In this document: positions 11,461-20,907 of the stretch, piece after piece
Position numbering within the stretch: the first letter of the stretch is position 1
Layout of the letters: each line of letters opens with the position of its first letter
Assembly (NCBI GenBank): GCA_965215365.1
Contig: CBDCDS010000003.1
Location: 32,001 to 96,000 of the forward strand
Source: Gammaproteobacteria bacterium
GTDB lineage: Bacteria > Pseudomonadota > Gammaproteobacteria > Eutrophobiales > Eutrophobiaceae
Direction: 5' to 3'
Length of the DNA stretch: 64,000 nucleotides
Position numbers and translations under genes: made by a program
Notes under the pieces: generated by a model
What the model was told of the DNA's origin: nothing
Seen by the model: the letters and a program-made list of their open reading frames with translations, nothing else
Databases searched by the model: none

Positions 11461-13359
11461 TCAGCCCAACAGCAAGGCATCGGCACCGGCGAAGAGGAAG
11501 CTGGCGTCGGTAAGGTCGTCCCGTTCTATGCCGGTGAGAGTGAGCGTGCCGCCGCCGTGCCCGGTGAAGTCGATGACGAGGCCCTGCGGGCCGGGTTGTA
11601 AGGTTAAGTCGCTGACGGTACTGAGGTCGGCGAAGGCGCTCAGGTCAATGCGGTCGTCCCCGCGCCCGAAGTCGGTGACGGTGTCGTGGCCGGCGCCGGG
11701 GGTGAAGATGAAGGTATCGTTGCCGTCCCCGCCGGTGAGGGTGTCAGCGCCGTCCCCGCCGTGCAAAGTATCATTACCATCCCCGCCGCGCAGGGTATCC
11801 TCGCCGAGGTTGCCGCGCAGGGTGTCGTGGCCGGCCCCGCCATGCAGGGTATCGTTGCCCTTGCCGCCGAACAGCCGGTCATGGCCAGCCCCGCCGTGCA
11901 GGGTGTCATCGCCGCCCGCCGGGCCGCCGTAGAGGGTGTCGTTGCCGCCGCCGCCGGTTAAGGTGTTGTCACGCCCGTCCCCGGCTAAGATGTCGTGGTA
12001 GTCCGAGCCGTGTAAGTGCTCGATGTCCAACAGTGTCTCGCCCTCCGTCATCCCCGCCACCGGGGTGAAGGTATCGCCCTCGGCATGACCGCCGTGCGCC
12101 TGCCCGCTGTGCAGGCGCACGATGACACCGGCATCGGAGTAGCGATACGAGGCGGTGTCCTGACCGTCACCCCCGCTGAGCACATCCGCCCCGGCCTCGC
12201 CTTCAAGGCGGTCGTCCCCGGCGCGCCCTGCAAGGCGGTCGTCCCCGCCCCGCCCTTCAAGGCGATCGGCCCCGGAGGCGCCGATTAACACATCGTCATG
12301 CTCCGAGCCGTCTAAGTATTCAATGTCGGCCACCCGACCACTGCGCACCCCCCCGGCGGCATCCGTCCAGGTGACGAGCTGACGCCCGGGAAAGGTATCA
12401 CCCTCGGCGTCCCCGCCGACAGCCTGCCCGGTGGTGAGGTTCACCGTCACCCCGGCCGGGGAGGCGGCGTAGCTCACCGCATCGAAGCCCGGCCCGCCGC
12501 GCAGTACATCAGCGCCAGGGCCGCCGGTGAGCCAGTCATTGCCATCCCGACCGTCTAAGGTATCAGCGCCCTCGCCCCCGTCTAAGTCATTGGGCAAGGC
12601 ATTACCGATGAGCACATCACTATGTGCTGAGCCAATGAGGTTCTCAACATCCGGGACATTGCGCACGCGGGTCTGCCCGACGGCATCGATAACAGTGATG
12701 CGTTGCACCCCGAAGCTGTCACCGGTCGCGTGCCCGCCCTGTGCGCGGCCGGTCTCTAAGCGTATGCTCACCCCAGCGCCGGAGTCGCCGTACCAGGCGG
12801 TGTCACTGCCGGGCCCGCCAATGAGCCTGTCACCGCCGGGGCCGCCGGCTAAGGTGTCATCGCCACCGCCGCCGTCCAAGGTGTCATCGCCGGGGCCGGC
12901 ACTGTCGCCGGTCGGCAAACGGTCGTCCTCAGCACTGCCGGTGAGCCGGCGTGCCGTGAAGGCGCCGCTATCATACAGGCGCAGCTCATAGCGCCCGGCA
13001 TGGTCTTGGGTCGGGTTACGGGTATAGACTGCGGCTTGCAGGTAATATATCCCATCGGTATTGGGCCTAAACGTCAGCTGCGAGTGGGTCTCCCCGGCGC
13101 TGAAGTTGACATCATCGTTACGGGCTACCTGCGCGCCGGTGTTATCGTACAGCGTGAGCACCGTATCGCCGGCCGGCCCCGGGCCAATGCCGCCTAAGGT
13201 CATGGTGTAGGTCTCCCCGGCGGTTAACTCTACCCGTACCCAGTCGGCATCGGTGCGCGTGGCAATCAGGCCACGAAAGCGTGCGCCCACGGCCAGGGTG
13301 TAAGGAGTGTCAACGCCAGCCGGGGCGTCTTGCCCGGGACGTTCGTAGGCAATCGTCAT
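11461..13359 (-). CDS. RTX/hemolysin-type Ca-binding repeat protein with N-terminal PPC-like domain (~632 aa)
   Basis: Many GGxGxDxL nonapeptides; DWVRVELTAGETY...DTVLTLYD..G..VARNDD. Start at ATG 13359 with GGAGG RBS and an ATGA overlap with the upstream stop. Confidence 0.85.
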   Translation of the reverse strand: MTIAYERPGQDAPAGVDTPYTLAVGARFRGLIATRTDADWVRVELTAGETYTMTLGGIGPGPAGDTVLTLYDNTGAQVARNDDVNFSAGETHSQLTFRPNTDGIYYLQAAVYTRNPTQDHAGRYELRLYDSGAFTARRLTGSAEDDRLPTGDSAGPGDDTLDGGGGDDTLAGGPGGDRLIGGPGSDTAWYGDSGAGVSIRLETGRAQGGHATGDSFGVQRITVIDAVGQTRVRNVPDVENLIGSAHSDVLIGNALPNDLDGGEGADTLDGRDGNDWLTGGPGADVLRGGPGFDAVSYAASPAGVTVNLTTGQAVGGDAEGDTFPGRQLVTWTDAAGGVRSGRVADIEYLDGSEHDDVLIGASGADRLEGRGGDDRLAGRAGDDRLEGEAGADVLSGGDGQDTASYRYSDAGVIVRLHSGQAHGGHAEGDTFTPVAGMTEGETLLDIEHLHGSDYHDILAGDGRDNTLTGGGGNDTLYGGPAGGDDTLHGGAGHDRLFGGKGNDTLHGGAGHDTLRGNLGEDTLRGGDGNDTLHGGDGADTLTGGDGNDTFIFTPGAGHDTVTDFGRGDDRIDLSAFADLSTVSDLTLQPGPQGLVIDFTGHGGGTLTLTGIERDDLTDASFLFAGADALLLG

Positions 13360-16300
13360 GGCCTGCCTCCTGCTGCGGTGGGTGCCGGCGCCCCGGCGGG
13401 GCGCTCGGAGATTGGGGGCGGTGGCGCTGCGCCGGGGCTCAGTTGCAAGGTCAGCAGGGCATCGGCGCCGCGCCCGGCGTGTCCTAAGCTGAGCGCACCG
13501 CGCAGCTGCGCGCCGCCGGGCAAGCGCCAGCCGTGCCCGGCGCGCACTTCCAGCGCCCAGGTGGGGCGGGTGCTCAGGGCGCGCCGCTCGTGCAGACGCT
13601 CGGCCCACAGCGTATCGGTGGCACCGGCATCATCGCCCCAGCGGGACTCGACACTGAAGCTCGTGCCCGCCGGGCCGGGGGTGCGCCGGGATACCGCTAA
13701 GCGCAACCCCCGTTCGCGATAGCCGGTCGCGCCCGGCATGGCCAGCAGGCGCCCCTTGACCGTCAGCTGCCACAGACCGTGGGTACTGTCCAGTCCGCCG
13801 GCGAGCTCCAGTGCCTGCCCGGACTGCCCGGTGCCGGCGTCGGTGCGCCCGTGCAGTGCCAATGACGGGCTTAAGGTGAGCTCGGGGTGCGCCGACCAGG
13901 ATGGCAACTGCCCGCCGCCGGCCAGCCCGATACGCACGGTGCGCACCGTCTCGGCTTGCAAGGTGTGGCCGGCATCGTCTAAGCGCGCTAAGCGCGCCCA
14001 AGACGAATCGGCGCGTGCAGCTAAGGTCATGCCGGCGAAGTGACCTAACGGGTGTGCCACTTCCACGACGCCCATAGTCAGCCCCAGCGGCAAGGAATCC
14101 GGCACTATGCTACCGTCTTGTGCCGGCGCCGGTGCTGCGCCCGGGCTCGGGCTATCATACCCGGTGCTGCGCCCGAAGCCGCCCAGCGCGCTGATGCGGG
14201 TGGCACCGTGAGACCAGGACAGGTACGGATGCACGGCGGTCAACCCGTTGGGGTCTTGTTGCCGTGATAAGGCCAGACCCAGTCGGGCGCTGTCACCGAT
14301 AGGGGTGTCTAAGCCCAGCCAGGCGGTGCGCAGCTCGGTATTGAGGCCGGAGTGCGCCGGCAGGGCAGCGACACTGTTGACGTGACCTTGCCCCCACAGC
14401 GTCCAACGGCGACCGGCACCGGCACCGTCCTCATCCGTCCGGCTTAAAGTCAGGGCAAAGCCACTGTCTTGCCATAAGGCACGGTCTAACCCGCCGGCGC
14501 GTAACTGCCCGCTCAGCAACTGGTAGGTCAGCGTCTCCCACAAACCCGCAGCGCCGGTATTCGTGGCACTGCCCTGTGCGCTTAAGTCCATGCCGCAGGC
14601 GGCGGTCGTCCAGGAGGCACAACGCCCGGTGGCATCAACCCAGGGGTGCGCGTGGGCCAGTGCCGGGCTCAGTGCTATCGGGTCGACCGCATGACCGAGA
14701 GCGCCGGCGCCGTCAGCACCCCACAGTGCTTCCCACGACAAGGTGCGCCCGGCTAAGGTGAGGTGGTCGCGGGCGTGCGCCTCGGCGTCTGAACGCGCGC
14801 CCAGCACGGCGCGCGCGCCGTTTAAGTGACTGCGCGCCAGCGCTGCTAACGCCCCGCTCGGCAGTGGCGCCGGGGCGACCGGCTCGGCGGTCGTCTCAGG
14901 TGTTGGCGCGGGCGTGGCCTCAGCAGCAGTCGCCGGGGTCGCAGCTGCGTCCGGGGTGACGGCGGCGGTCGCAGCTGGGGTCGTATCCGCTGCCGGGGTG
15001 GTGTCGGCGCCGGTCGCAGGCGTGGTTTCGGTCGCCGCCGGGGTGGCGTCAGCGCCCGCCTCAGGGGGTGGCTCAGTGGCCGCGGCCGGGGCCGGCTCGG
15101 AGTCGGCGCCCGGCGCCGCATCGGTCTCAGCCGCCGGCTCCGCCGGTCGGTGTTTGCGTGGGTCGGCGCCGCCATCGCCGACGATGACCGTCACTTCCGG
15201 GATGGGTACGCCGTCATAGCCGCCGCCGCGCAGGCGGTGAGTAATGCCCACCCGCCCGGCGCGCACGCCGGTCACGGTCACGAGGTGCGGTGCGGTCCAG
15301 TTGGCCGGAGTAATTTGCAGCGGCGCGCTGACCGTGGCGATGGTCGAATCTGAGCTCACCGGCGTGATGAGCACCGTACCGGCAGGGCGGCGCGACAGTC
15401 TGAGCTGATAGCTGACACGGTGCGCATCGGTATCCGGCGTGGCCACAGCGTCCGCCACCGCCACGCGCAGTGCGCCGGGCGGGGTGATGGTCACCGCCGC
15501 CGTGCCGGGTGCGGCCGGTGCCGGGCTGGGGCTGCCGCCGCCGCCACTGCTGCTGCCGCTGCCGTTATTGTTATTGTTGTTGTTGTTATTGTTGTTGTTG
15601 TTGTTATTGTTGTTGTTGTTGTTATTGTTGTTGGCAGGGGGCGTAGCCGGCGTCGTAGGTGTGGTGGGCGTGTTGGGTGTGGCGGGGGGCGTAGCCGGGG
15701 TGTTGGGTGTGGCGGGGGGCGGGACGGCTCCGGTCTCCGTGACGGTCACGGCCAGCGTCACGCCGCTGCCCTCTTGGCGCCCCCCGGTTGGCGTGTGGAT
15801 GAGCGCGGCGCGGTCGTTCGCGGCGTCCTCGTCTTGGGCAGCCGTGACGGTGACCGTCTGCGGCGCGTTCCAGTTGGTGTGAGTGAAGTCGAGCGCCGCC
15901 GGGGAGACGGTCACGTCGGGGTTATTCGAGGTGATGGCAACAACGGTCCCGCCGATGCCAGCGGGGGGCTGGGAACCTAGCGCCACCGTGTAGGTGCTCT
16001 GCCCGCCTTCTGCCAGCGTCAGTGAGTCGACCGACAGCCGCAGCGGCGGCGCCATGGGCGTGACCCGCTGCGGGTCTGAGGGTGTCCCCTTAGTTGAGCC
16101 TGCCAGCGCCCGCACCCGGAAGGTATAAGCCACATTGTTGCTCAGGCCGGTCACCACATAACCGACCGTGTCGGCATCGCTGTTGGGGATGGGGCGCCAG
16201 TCACCGAGGTGCCAGTACTCCCAGCCGGTGATGACGGCGTTGTTGGGGTTCGTCCATGACAGAGTCACCCGGGTATGGCCGGGCGTGGCGGTGAAGCCGG

Positions 16301-19286
16301 CGGGCTTGGCCGGCGGTGTGTCATTATCAGTGACGGTGACAGCCACCGTGGCGGTGACACTGCCATAGCCGCCGCCGCTGGCGCTGTGGGTGAGCGTGGC
16401 ACTGTCGTTGTCTGTGTCGGCGTCCTCATCGGCCGCCACGGTGACGGTTTGCGCGGTACTCCAGTTGGTCGTCGTGAAGGCCAGCGTGGACTGGTTGCCG
16501 GGCGCTGTGCTATCGGTATCGACCGTCACCTCGCCGCTGGCGCCTGAGACCGTGACCGTCACGCTCCCGGTGGGCTGCGTGGTCAGCGCCACGGTGTAGG
16601 TGGCGCTCTCGCCTTCGGTCACCGTCAGAGCGGTCGGATTGAGCACCAGGGCGGGGGTGGTGTTGTCGGTGATGTCAAAGTCCGCTAAGTTGTCGGTGCC
16701 CGAAGCGCCGCCGCCAAGGCCGGTGCCGGAATTCGCGTTCAGCGTGTCGAGGCCGATGACCACCGTCTCGCCGCCCGACTCCGTGGTGTTGTCCGCCGTC
16801 GCCGTTAAGGTCAGCGTGACCGTGGTGGCCGTCGTCCCCGTGCTCGGCCCGGTGAAGGTCACCATCGCGTTGCCGGAGTCCAGGTTCGCACAGGTCACCC
16901 CGGTCGGCGGGGTCGGCGGGCAGGCCGTGGTGTAGTCCGTGCCCCGCGTGGCGGCGCCGCTGAAGGTCAGCGGTACCGCCAGCGTCTCGCCGTTCACCAG
17001 GCCGCGGTCTAAGGTGATGGTGAAGGTCTTCGTTGCGCCCTCGGCGACATCCCCGGCGGCGCCCGCGAGCGTCACCGTGGTCGGGTCGTTGTCCACCACC
17101 GTGACGGTGGCCGCGGTGCCGCTCAGGCTGTGGTAGCTGCGGTCCGGGGAGGATGTGGTGTAGGTGACGGACAGTTCCCGGCCGAGCGGGCTGTCCGTGC
17201 TGTCGTCGGTGGCGCGCACCGTCACCGTCTGCGGCGTGCTCCAGAAGGAGTTGGTGAAACCGATCTGCGCGCTGCTGGCGAACGTGCTGCCTGTAGAGAG
17301 CTCCAGCCCGGCGGGCGCGGTGACGGCGACCGCGACGGCGTTCGACGGCCGGGTGCTCAGTGCCACCGTGAAGGTGGCCGTGTCCGTGGTGCTGCCCTCG
17401 GTCACCTGCCTGTCGGTGGGCTGCGCCGTGGTCACGCCGGCGGTGGCGGCCGCCGTCGGCGTCGCGGTCGCCTCGGCCGAGGCCGCGCCGTTCAGCGTCC
17501 CGTCCACGGCGCGGACCTGGAAGCCGTAGGCCGTGCCGTTGGTCAGGCCCGTGACCGTGTGGGTGGTGGTGGTGGCGGTGCTGCTGGCGATGGCCGTCCA
17601 GGTTCCCCAGCTGCCGGTGTCCGGCGGGGTGCGCTGGCGGAACTGGTAGCCGCTGATGGCGGCGTCGGACGGGTCGGTCCAGCTCAAAACGACTTGGCCG
17701 TCGCCCGCCGCCGCGGCGAAGCCGGCGGGGGCCAGCGGCGGGTCGTCGTCCTCGATGGTCAGCGTGACCGTCGTCCGGCCGCCGAGGTCGTAGCCGGCGC
17801 CGTCGGCCAAGGTCAGGATGACCGTCTCGGGGCCCTCGCGCAGGGCGTCCTGGACGACGGCGACGCTGATGTCCACCTCGTCGATGCCCGCGCCCACGGC
17901 CGCGCTGCCCGAGGTCGTGAAGTCCGTCCCCCGGGTCGCGGTGCCGGTCACCGTGTAGGTCACCGTGATCGCCGCTAACGGAGCCGGGTCGAGAACGAGC
18001 GTGTAGCCCCTCGCGAAGGAGGCGCCCTCGCTCAAGGAAGCCGCCGAATCGTCCGCGAACTGCACCACCGGCGTCGACGCCATCGGCGTGGCGGACACGA
18101 TGGACGAGGGTAAGCCAATCACCGTCCCGATCGCCGCACGCACCTGGAAGCTGTACGCCGTGCCGCCCGTCAGGCCCGTCACCGTGTGGGTGGTGGTGCT
18201 CGCACTGCTGCTCGCGATGTCCGTCCATTTCCCCCAGCTGCCGCCGCCCGGCCTCTGGCGGAACTCGTACTCGGTGATGGCACTGTTGCTCGGATTGGTC
18301 CAACTCAGGACGACCGCGCCCGCGCCCGCCGTCGCCGTCAGCCCGGCCGGGGCCGCCGGTGGGGTTCGCGGCGTTGCGCTCACGGTTTCCGATGCCGCGC
18401 CATTCACCGTCCCGGCCACCGCGCGGATCTCGAAGCTGTACTCGGTGCCGTTCGTCAGATTGATGATCGCTCTCGTGACAGTGGTGGCATCGCTCGCCGC
18501 GAAATCCGTCCATCCCCCCCAGCTGCCGCCGGCCGGCCTCTGGCGGTACTGGTACTTCGTGATGGCGGCGTTCGACGGGTCGTTCCACTCCAAAACGACC
18601 TCCGCGTTGCCCGCCGTCGCCGTCAGACCCGTCGGCGCGGCCGGCGCGGGGATGCCCTTGACGGCGAATCGCATGGATTGGTTCGATGCAAACCAATTAT
18701 CGCTTTGCCGGAAGCGGCTCCCGTTGTTGATACTCCAGCCGGTCAGGCCGGTTTGCCCGTCACCTCTGGCAGCGGTTACAGGGATATTCTGAGGAGATGC
18801 CGTCGGTGTGCCGTCGTTGAACACGAGGAAATAGGTCGTGTTCGCCGCGAGCACGGTGCCCGCCGGGGCGGTGAAGGTGTTCAGGGCATCTAACGTGAAA
18901 CTGCTCGGGTTGACGAGCGTCGCCACGAGCGCGCCGGGGTTCGTGCCTCCGCCTGCGCGGATCGTGACAACCGTGGTTCTGCCCGTCAAGTCCGTTACGC
19001 TGCTGCGCCCCAGTGCTATGTCCACCTCCGAGAGCGCGTAGCCCGCGGCGTTGGCCCCGGTGGTGAATTTCGTTGCAAACTCGAACAAAAAACTGCCAGT
19101 AGCTGTCTGACCCGTGTTGCTGACCAGCGTCGTCTGCGCCTCGGCACCCTGGGCGAAGCCGGCCAGCAGCGGCAGGGCGAGCAGGGCGGCGGCGAGGGTG
19201 CGCCAGGCTGAACGGCGGCGCGGGGCGGGCTTACGCGGGGAGAGGTAACGCCATACCGCCGACGGGCTTACGCGCGACCGTGGCAT
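13356..19286 (-). CDS. Large surface/adhesin-like protein: signal peptide, FN3 repeats, Calx-beta/cadherin-like repeats, low-complexity linker, probable C-terminal beta-barrel
   Basis: About four PAAP.GL.ATAG...V.L.W...GL..GT.Y.F.VRA FN3 units; repeated L.FT..NW..PQTVTV.A..D units; poly-Asn and Pro/Thr/Ala linker; WTLWGQG and amphipathic strands at the C-terminus. Confidence 0.8.
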   Translation of the reverse strand: MPRSRVSPSAVWRYLSPRKPAPRRRSAWRTLAAALLALPLLAGFAQGAEAQTTLVSNTGQTATGSFLFEFATKFTTGANAAGYALSEVDIALGRSSVTDLTGRTTVVTIRAGGGTNPGALVATLVNPSSFTLDALNTFTAPAGTVLAANTTYFLVFNDGTPTASPQNIPVTAARGDGQTGLTGWSINNGSRFRQSDNWFASNQSMRFAVKGIPAPAAPTGLTATAGNAEVVLEWNDPSNAAITKYQYRQRPAGGSWGGWTDFAASDATTVTRAIINLTNGTEYSFEIRAVAGTVNGAASETVSATPRTPPAAPAGLTATAGAGAVVLSWTNPSNSAITEYEFRQRPGGGSWGKWTDIASSSASTTTHTVTGLTGGTAYSFQVRAAIGTVIGLPSSIVSATPMASTPVVQFADDSAASLSEGASFARGYTLVLDPAPLAAITVTYTVTGTATRGTDFTTSGSAAVGAGIDEVDISVAVVQDALREGPETVILTLADGAGYDLGGRTTVTLTIEDDDPPLAPAGFAAAAGDGQVVLSWTDPSDAAISGYQFRQRTPPDTGSWGTWTAIASSTATTTTHTVTGLTNGTAYGFQVRAVDGTLNGAASAEATATPTAAATAGVTTAQPTDRQVTEGSTTDTATFTVALSTRPSNAVAVAVTAPAGLELSTGSTFASSAQIGFTNSFWSTPQTVTVRATDDSTDSPLGRELSVTYTTSSPDRSYHSLSGTAATVTVVDNDPTTVTLAGAAGDVAEGATKTFTITLDRGLVNGETLAVPLTFSGAATRGTDYTTACPPTPPTGVTCANLDSGNAMVTFTGPSTGTTATTVTLTLTATADNTTESGGETVVIGLDTLNANSGTGLGGGASGTDNLADFDITDNTTPALVLNPTALTVTEGESATYTVALTTQPTGSVTVTVSGASGEVTVDTDSTAPGNQSTLAFTTTNWSTAQTVTVAADEDADTDNDSATLTHSASGGGYGSVTATVAVTVTDNDTPPAKPAGFTATPGHTRVTLSWTNPNNAVITGWEYWHLGDWRPIPNSDADTVGYVVTGLSNNVAYTFRVRALAGSTKGTPSDPQRVTPMAPPLRLSVDSLTLAEGGQSTYTVALGSQPPAGIGGTVVAITSNNPDVTVSPAALDFTHTNWNAPQTVTVTAAQDEDAANDRAALIHTPTGGRQEGSGVTLAVTVTETGAVPPPATPNTPATPPATPNTPTTPTTPATPPANNNNNNNNNNNNNNNNNNNNNNNGSGSSSGGGGSPSPAPAAPGTAAVTITPPGALRVAVADAVATPDTDAHRVSYQLRLSRRPAGTVLITPVSSDSTIATVSAPLQITPANWTAPHLVTVTGVRAGRVGITHRLRGGGYDGVPIPEVTVIVGDGGADPRKHRPAEPAAETDAAPGADSEPAPAAATEPPPEAGADATPAATETTPATGADTTPAADTTPAATAAVTPDAAATPATAAEATPAPTPETTAEPVAPAPLPSGALAALARSHLNGARAVLGARSDAEAHARDHLTLAGRTLSWEALWGADGAGALGHAVDPIALSPALAHAHPWVDATGRCASWTTAACGMDLSAQGSATNTGAAGLWETLTYQLLSGQLRAGGLDRALWQDSGFALTLSRTDEDGAGAGRRWTLWGQGHVNSVAALPAHSGLNTELRTAWLGLDTPIGDSARLGLALSRQQDPNGLTAVHPYLSWSHGATRISALGGFGRSTGYDSPSPGAAPAPAQDGSIVPDSLPLGLTMGVVEVAHPLGHFAGMTLAARADSSWARLARLDDAGHTLQAETVRTVRIGLAGGGQLPSWSAHPELTLSPSLALHGRTDAGTGQSGQALELAGGLDSTHGLWQLTVKGRLLAMPGATGYRERGLRLAVSRRTPGPAGTSFSVESRWGDDAGATDTLWAERLHERRALSTRPTWALEVRAGHGWRLPGGAQLRGALSLGHAGRGADALLTLQLSPGAAPPPPISERPAGAPAPTAAGGRP
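15564..15632 (-). repeat. AAC/AAT trinucleotide tract encoding ~23 Asn
   Basis: Run of GTT/ATT triplets on the + strand. Confidence 0.95.
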
Positions 19287-19357
19287 CTGCGGTCTGCGGT
19301 CTGCGGTCTGCGGTCTGCGGTCTGCGGTCTGCGGTCTGCGGTCTGCGGTCTGCGGTC
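19286..19357. repeat. Heptanucleotide simple repeat (TCTGCGG)x10
   Basis: Ten perfect copies plus TC, abutting the ATG of the 1976-aa gene. Confidence 0.98.
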
Positions 19358-19360
19358 AAC

Positions 19361-19425
19361 ATTATGTCGATTTCCTCAGCGTTTGTCAAGCAGTTTTTTG
19401 GCTTTTTTGGTATTTTTTTCAGTGA
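19361..19425 (-). promoter_or_regulatory. sigma70 promoter with A-tract UP-like element
   Basis: Minus strand A-tracts, CTGC-TTGACA-17 nt-CATAAT. Homologous modules at ~19923-19985, ~20410-20485 and ~20967-21025. Confidence 0.7.
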
Positions 19426-19452
19426 GATAAAAATAAGAGTTTGCCTGCTGTT

Positions 19453-19863
19453 TCAACCGTCCGTACCGGTGCCAGGCAGACCCAAATGCCCTTCAATCCG
19501 ATGCACCTGACCCGACAGAGTATCTACTTTTTGGCTCAAAGTATCCACTCTTTGACCCAGTGCGTTGATGTTATCTTTCTGATCATCGATACGCTTGTTT
19601 ACGTCATCGATACGCTTGTTTACGTCATCGATACGCTTGTTTACACCATCGAAGCGTTTGTCGATGCTTTCTTTCAAATCATGGAAGCGTTTGTCGATGC
19701 TTTCTTTCAAATCATGGAAGCGTTTGTTCATATCATCGAAGCGTTTGTCAATGCTGTCCTTTAAGTCGCCGATGCGGGTGAACAGAACGCAGACAATGAT
19801 AAGTACAGCCAGATTGATGAGGTCGGGCAGGCGGTCGAACAGCATGCTGATAATGGCGTTCAT
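19453..19863 (-). CDS. Membrane-anchored coiled-coil repeat protein, copy A (136 aa)
   Basis: N-terminal hydrophobic helix LINLAVLIIVCVLF, then KRFHDLKESID and KRIDDVN repeats; AGAGGGA RBS. Confidence 0.8.
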   Translation of the reverse strand: MNAIISMLFDRLPDLINLAVLIIVCVLFTRIGDLKDSIDKRFDDMNKRFHDLKESIDKRFHDLKESIDKRFDGVNKRIDDVNKRIDDVNKRIDDQKDNINALGQRVDTLSQKVDTLSGQVHRIEGHLGLPGTGTDG

Positions 19864-20015
19864 GGTTGTATTCCCTCTGCTTCAAGTGGAGGTGATGCGC
19901 TTACGCGCGAGCGCGGCTAATCATTCTGGCATTTCCCCCGTGCTTGTCAAGCAGTTTTTGGCTTTTTTTGTAATTTTTTTCACAGTGAGATGGGAAGAAA
20001 AGTTTGCCTGCTGTT

Positions 20016-20351
20016 TCAACCGTCCGTACCGGTGCCAGGCAGACCCAAATGCCCTTCAATCCGATGCACCTGACCCGACAGAGTATCTACTTTTTGACTC
20101 AAAGTATCCACCCTTTGACCCAGTGCGTTGATGTTATCTTTCTGATCATCGATACGCTTGTTGACGTCATCGATACGCTTGTTCATATCATGGAAGCGTT
20201 TGTCGATGCTTTCTTTCAAATCATGGAAGCGCTTGTCGATGCTGTCCTTTAAGTCGCCGATGCGGGTGAACAGAACGCAGACAATGATAAGTACAGCCAG
20301 ATTGATGAGGTCGGGCAGGTGGTCGAACAGCATGCTGATAATGGCGTTCAT
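20016..20351 (-). CDS. Membrane-anchored coiled-coil repeat protein, copy B (111 aa)
   Basis: Near-identical to copy A with fewer repeat units; AGAGGA RBS. Confidence 0.8.
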   Translation of the reverse strand: MNAIISMLFDHLPDLINLAVLIIVCVLFTRIGDLKDSIDKRFHDLKESIDKRFHDMNKRIDDVNKRIDDQKDNINALGQRVDTLSQKVDTLSGQVHRIEGHLGLPGTGTDG

Positions 20352-20517
20352 GGTTGTATCCTCTCTGCTTCAAGTGGAGGTGATGCGCTTACGCGCGAGC
20401 GCGGCTAATCATTCTGGTATTTCCATTCTGGTATTTCCCCCGTGCTTGTCAAGCAGTTTTTGGCTTTTTTTGTAATTTTTTTCACAGTGAGATGGGAAGA
20501 AAAGTTTGCCTGCTGTT

Positions 20518-20907
20518 TCAACCGTCCGTACCGGTGCCAGGCAGACCCAAATGCCCTTCAATCCGATGCACCTGACCCGACAGAGTATCTACTTTTTGAC
20601 TCAAAGTATCCACCCTTTGACCCAGTGCGTTGATGTTATCTTTCTGATCATCGATACGCTTGTTGACGTCATCGATACGCTTGTTTACGTCATCGATACG
20701 CTTGTTCATATCATGGAAGCGTTTGTCGATGCTTTCTTTCAAATCATGGAAGCGCTTGTCGATGCTTTCTTTCAAATCATGGAAGCGCTTGTCGATGCTG
20801 TCCTTTAAGTCGCCGATGCGGGTGAACAGAACGCAGACAATGATAAGTACAGCCAGATTGATGAGGTCGGGCAGGTGGTCGAACAGCATGCTGATAATGG
20901 CGTTCAT
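20518..20907 (-). CDS. Membrane-anchored coiled-coil repeat protein, copy C (129 aa)
   Basis: Near-identical to copy B with one extra 11-aa and one extra 7-aa unit. Confidence 0.8.
   Translation of the reverse strand: MNAIISMLFDHLPDLINLAVLIIVCVLFTRIGDLKDSIDKRFHDLKESIDKRFHDLKESIDKRFHDMNKRIDDVNKRIDDVNKRIDDQKDNINALGQRVDTLSQKVDTLSGQVHRIEGHLGLPGTGTDG

Noticed and set aside
13360-13608. ORF-track N-terminal extension of the RTX gene (likewise 28625-28750, 34373-34432, 60338-60457)
   Set aside because: They overlap upstream genes. Internal starts with an RBS or stop-start coupling fit better.
16675-18696. 673-aa alternative-frame ORF and many other overlapping or antisense ORFs
   Set aside because: Shadow ORFs of GC-rich coding sequence with Arg/Gly-biased composition and no motifs.
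19580-20800. Periodic repeats as a CRISPR array
   Set aside because: The units are contiguous 21/33-bp in-frame coding repeats with no unique spacers, and no cas genes are present.
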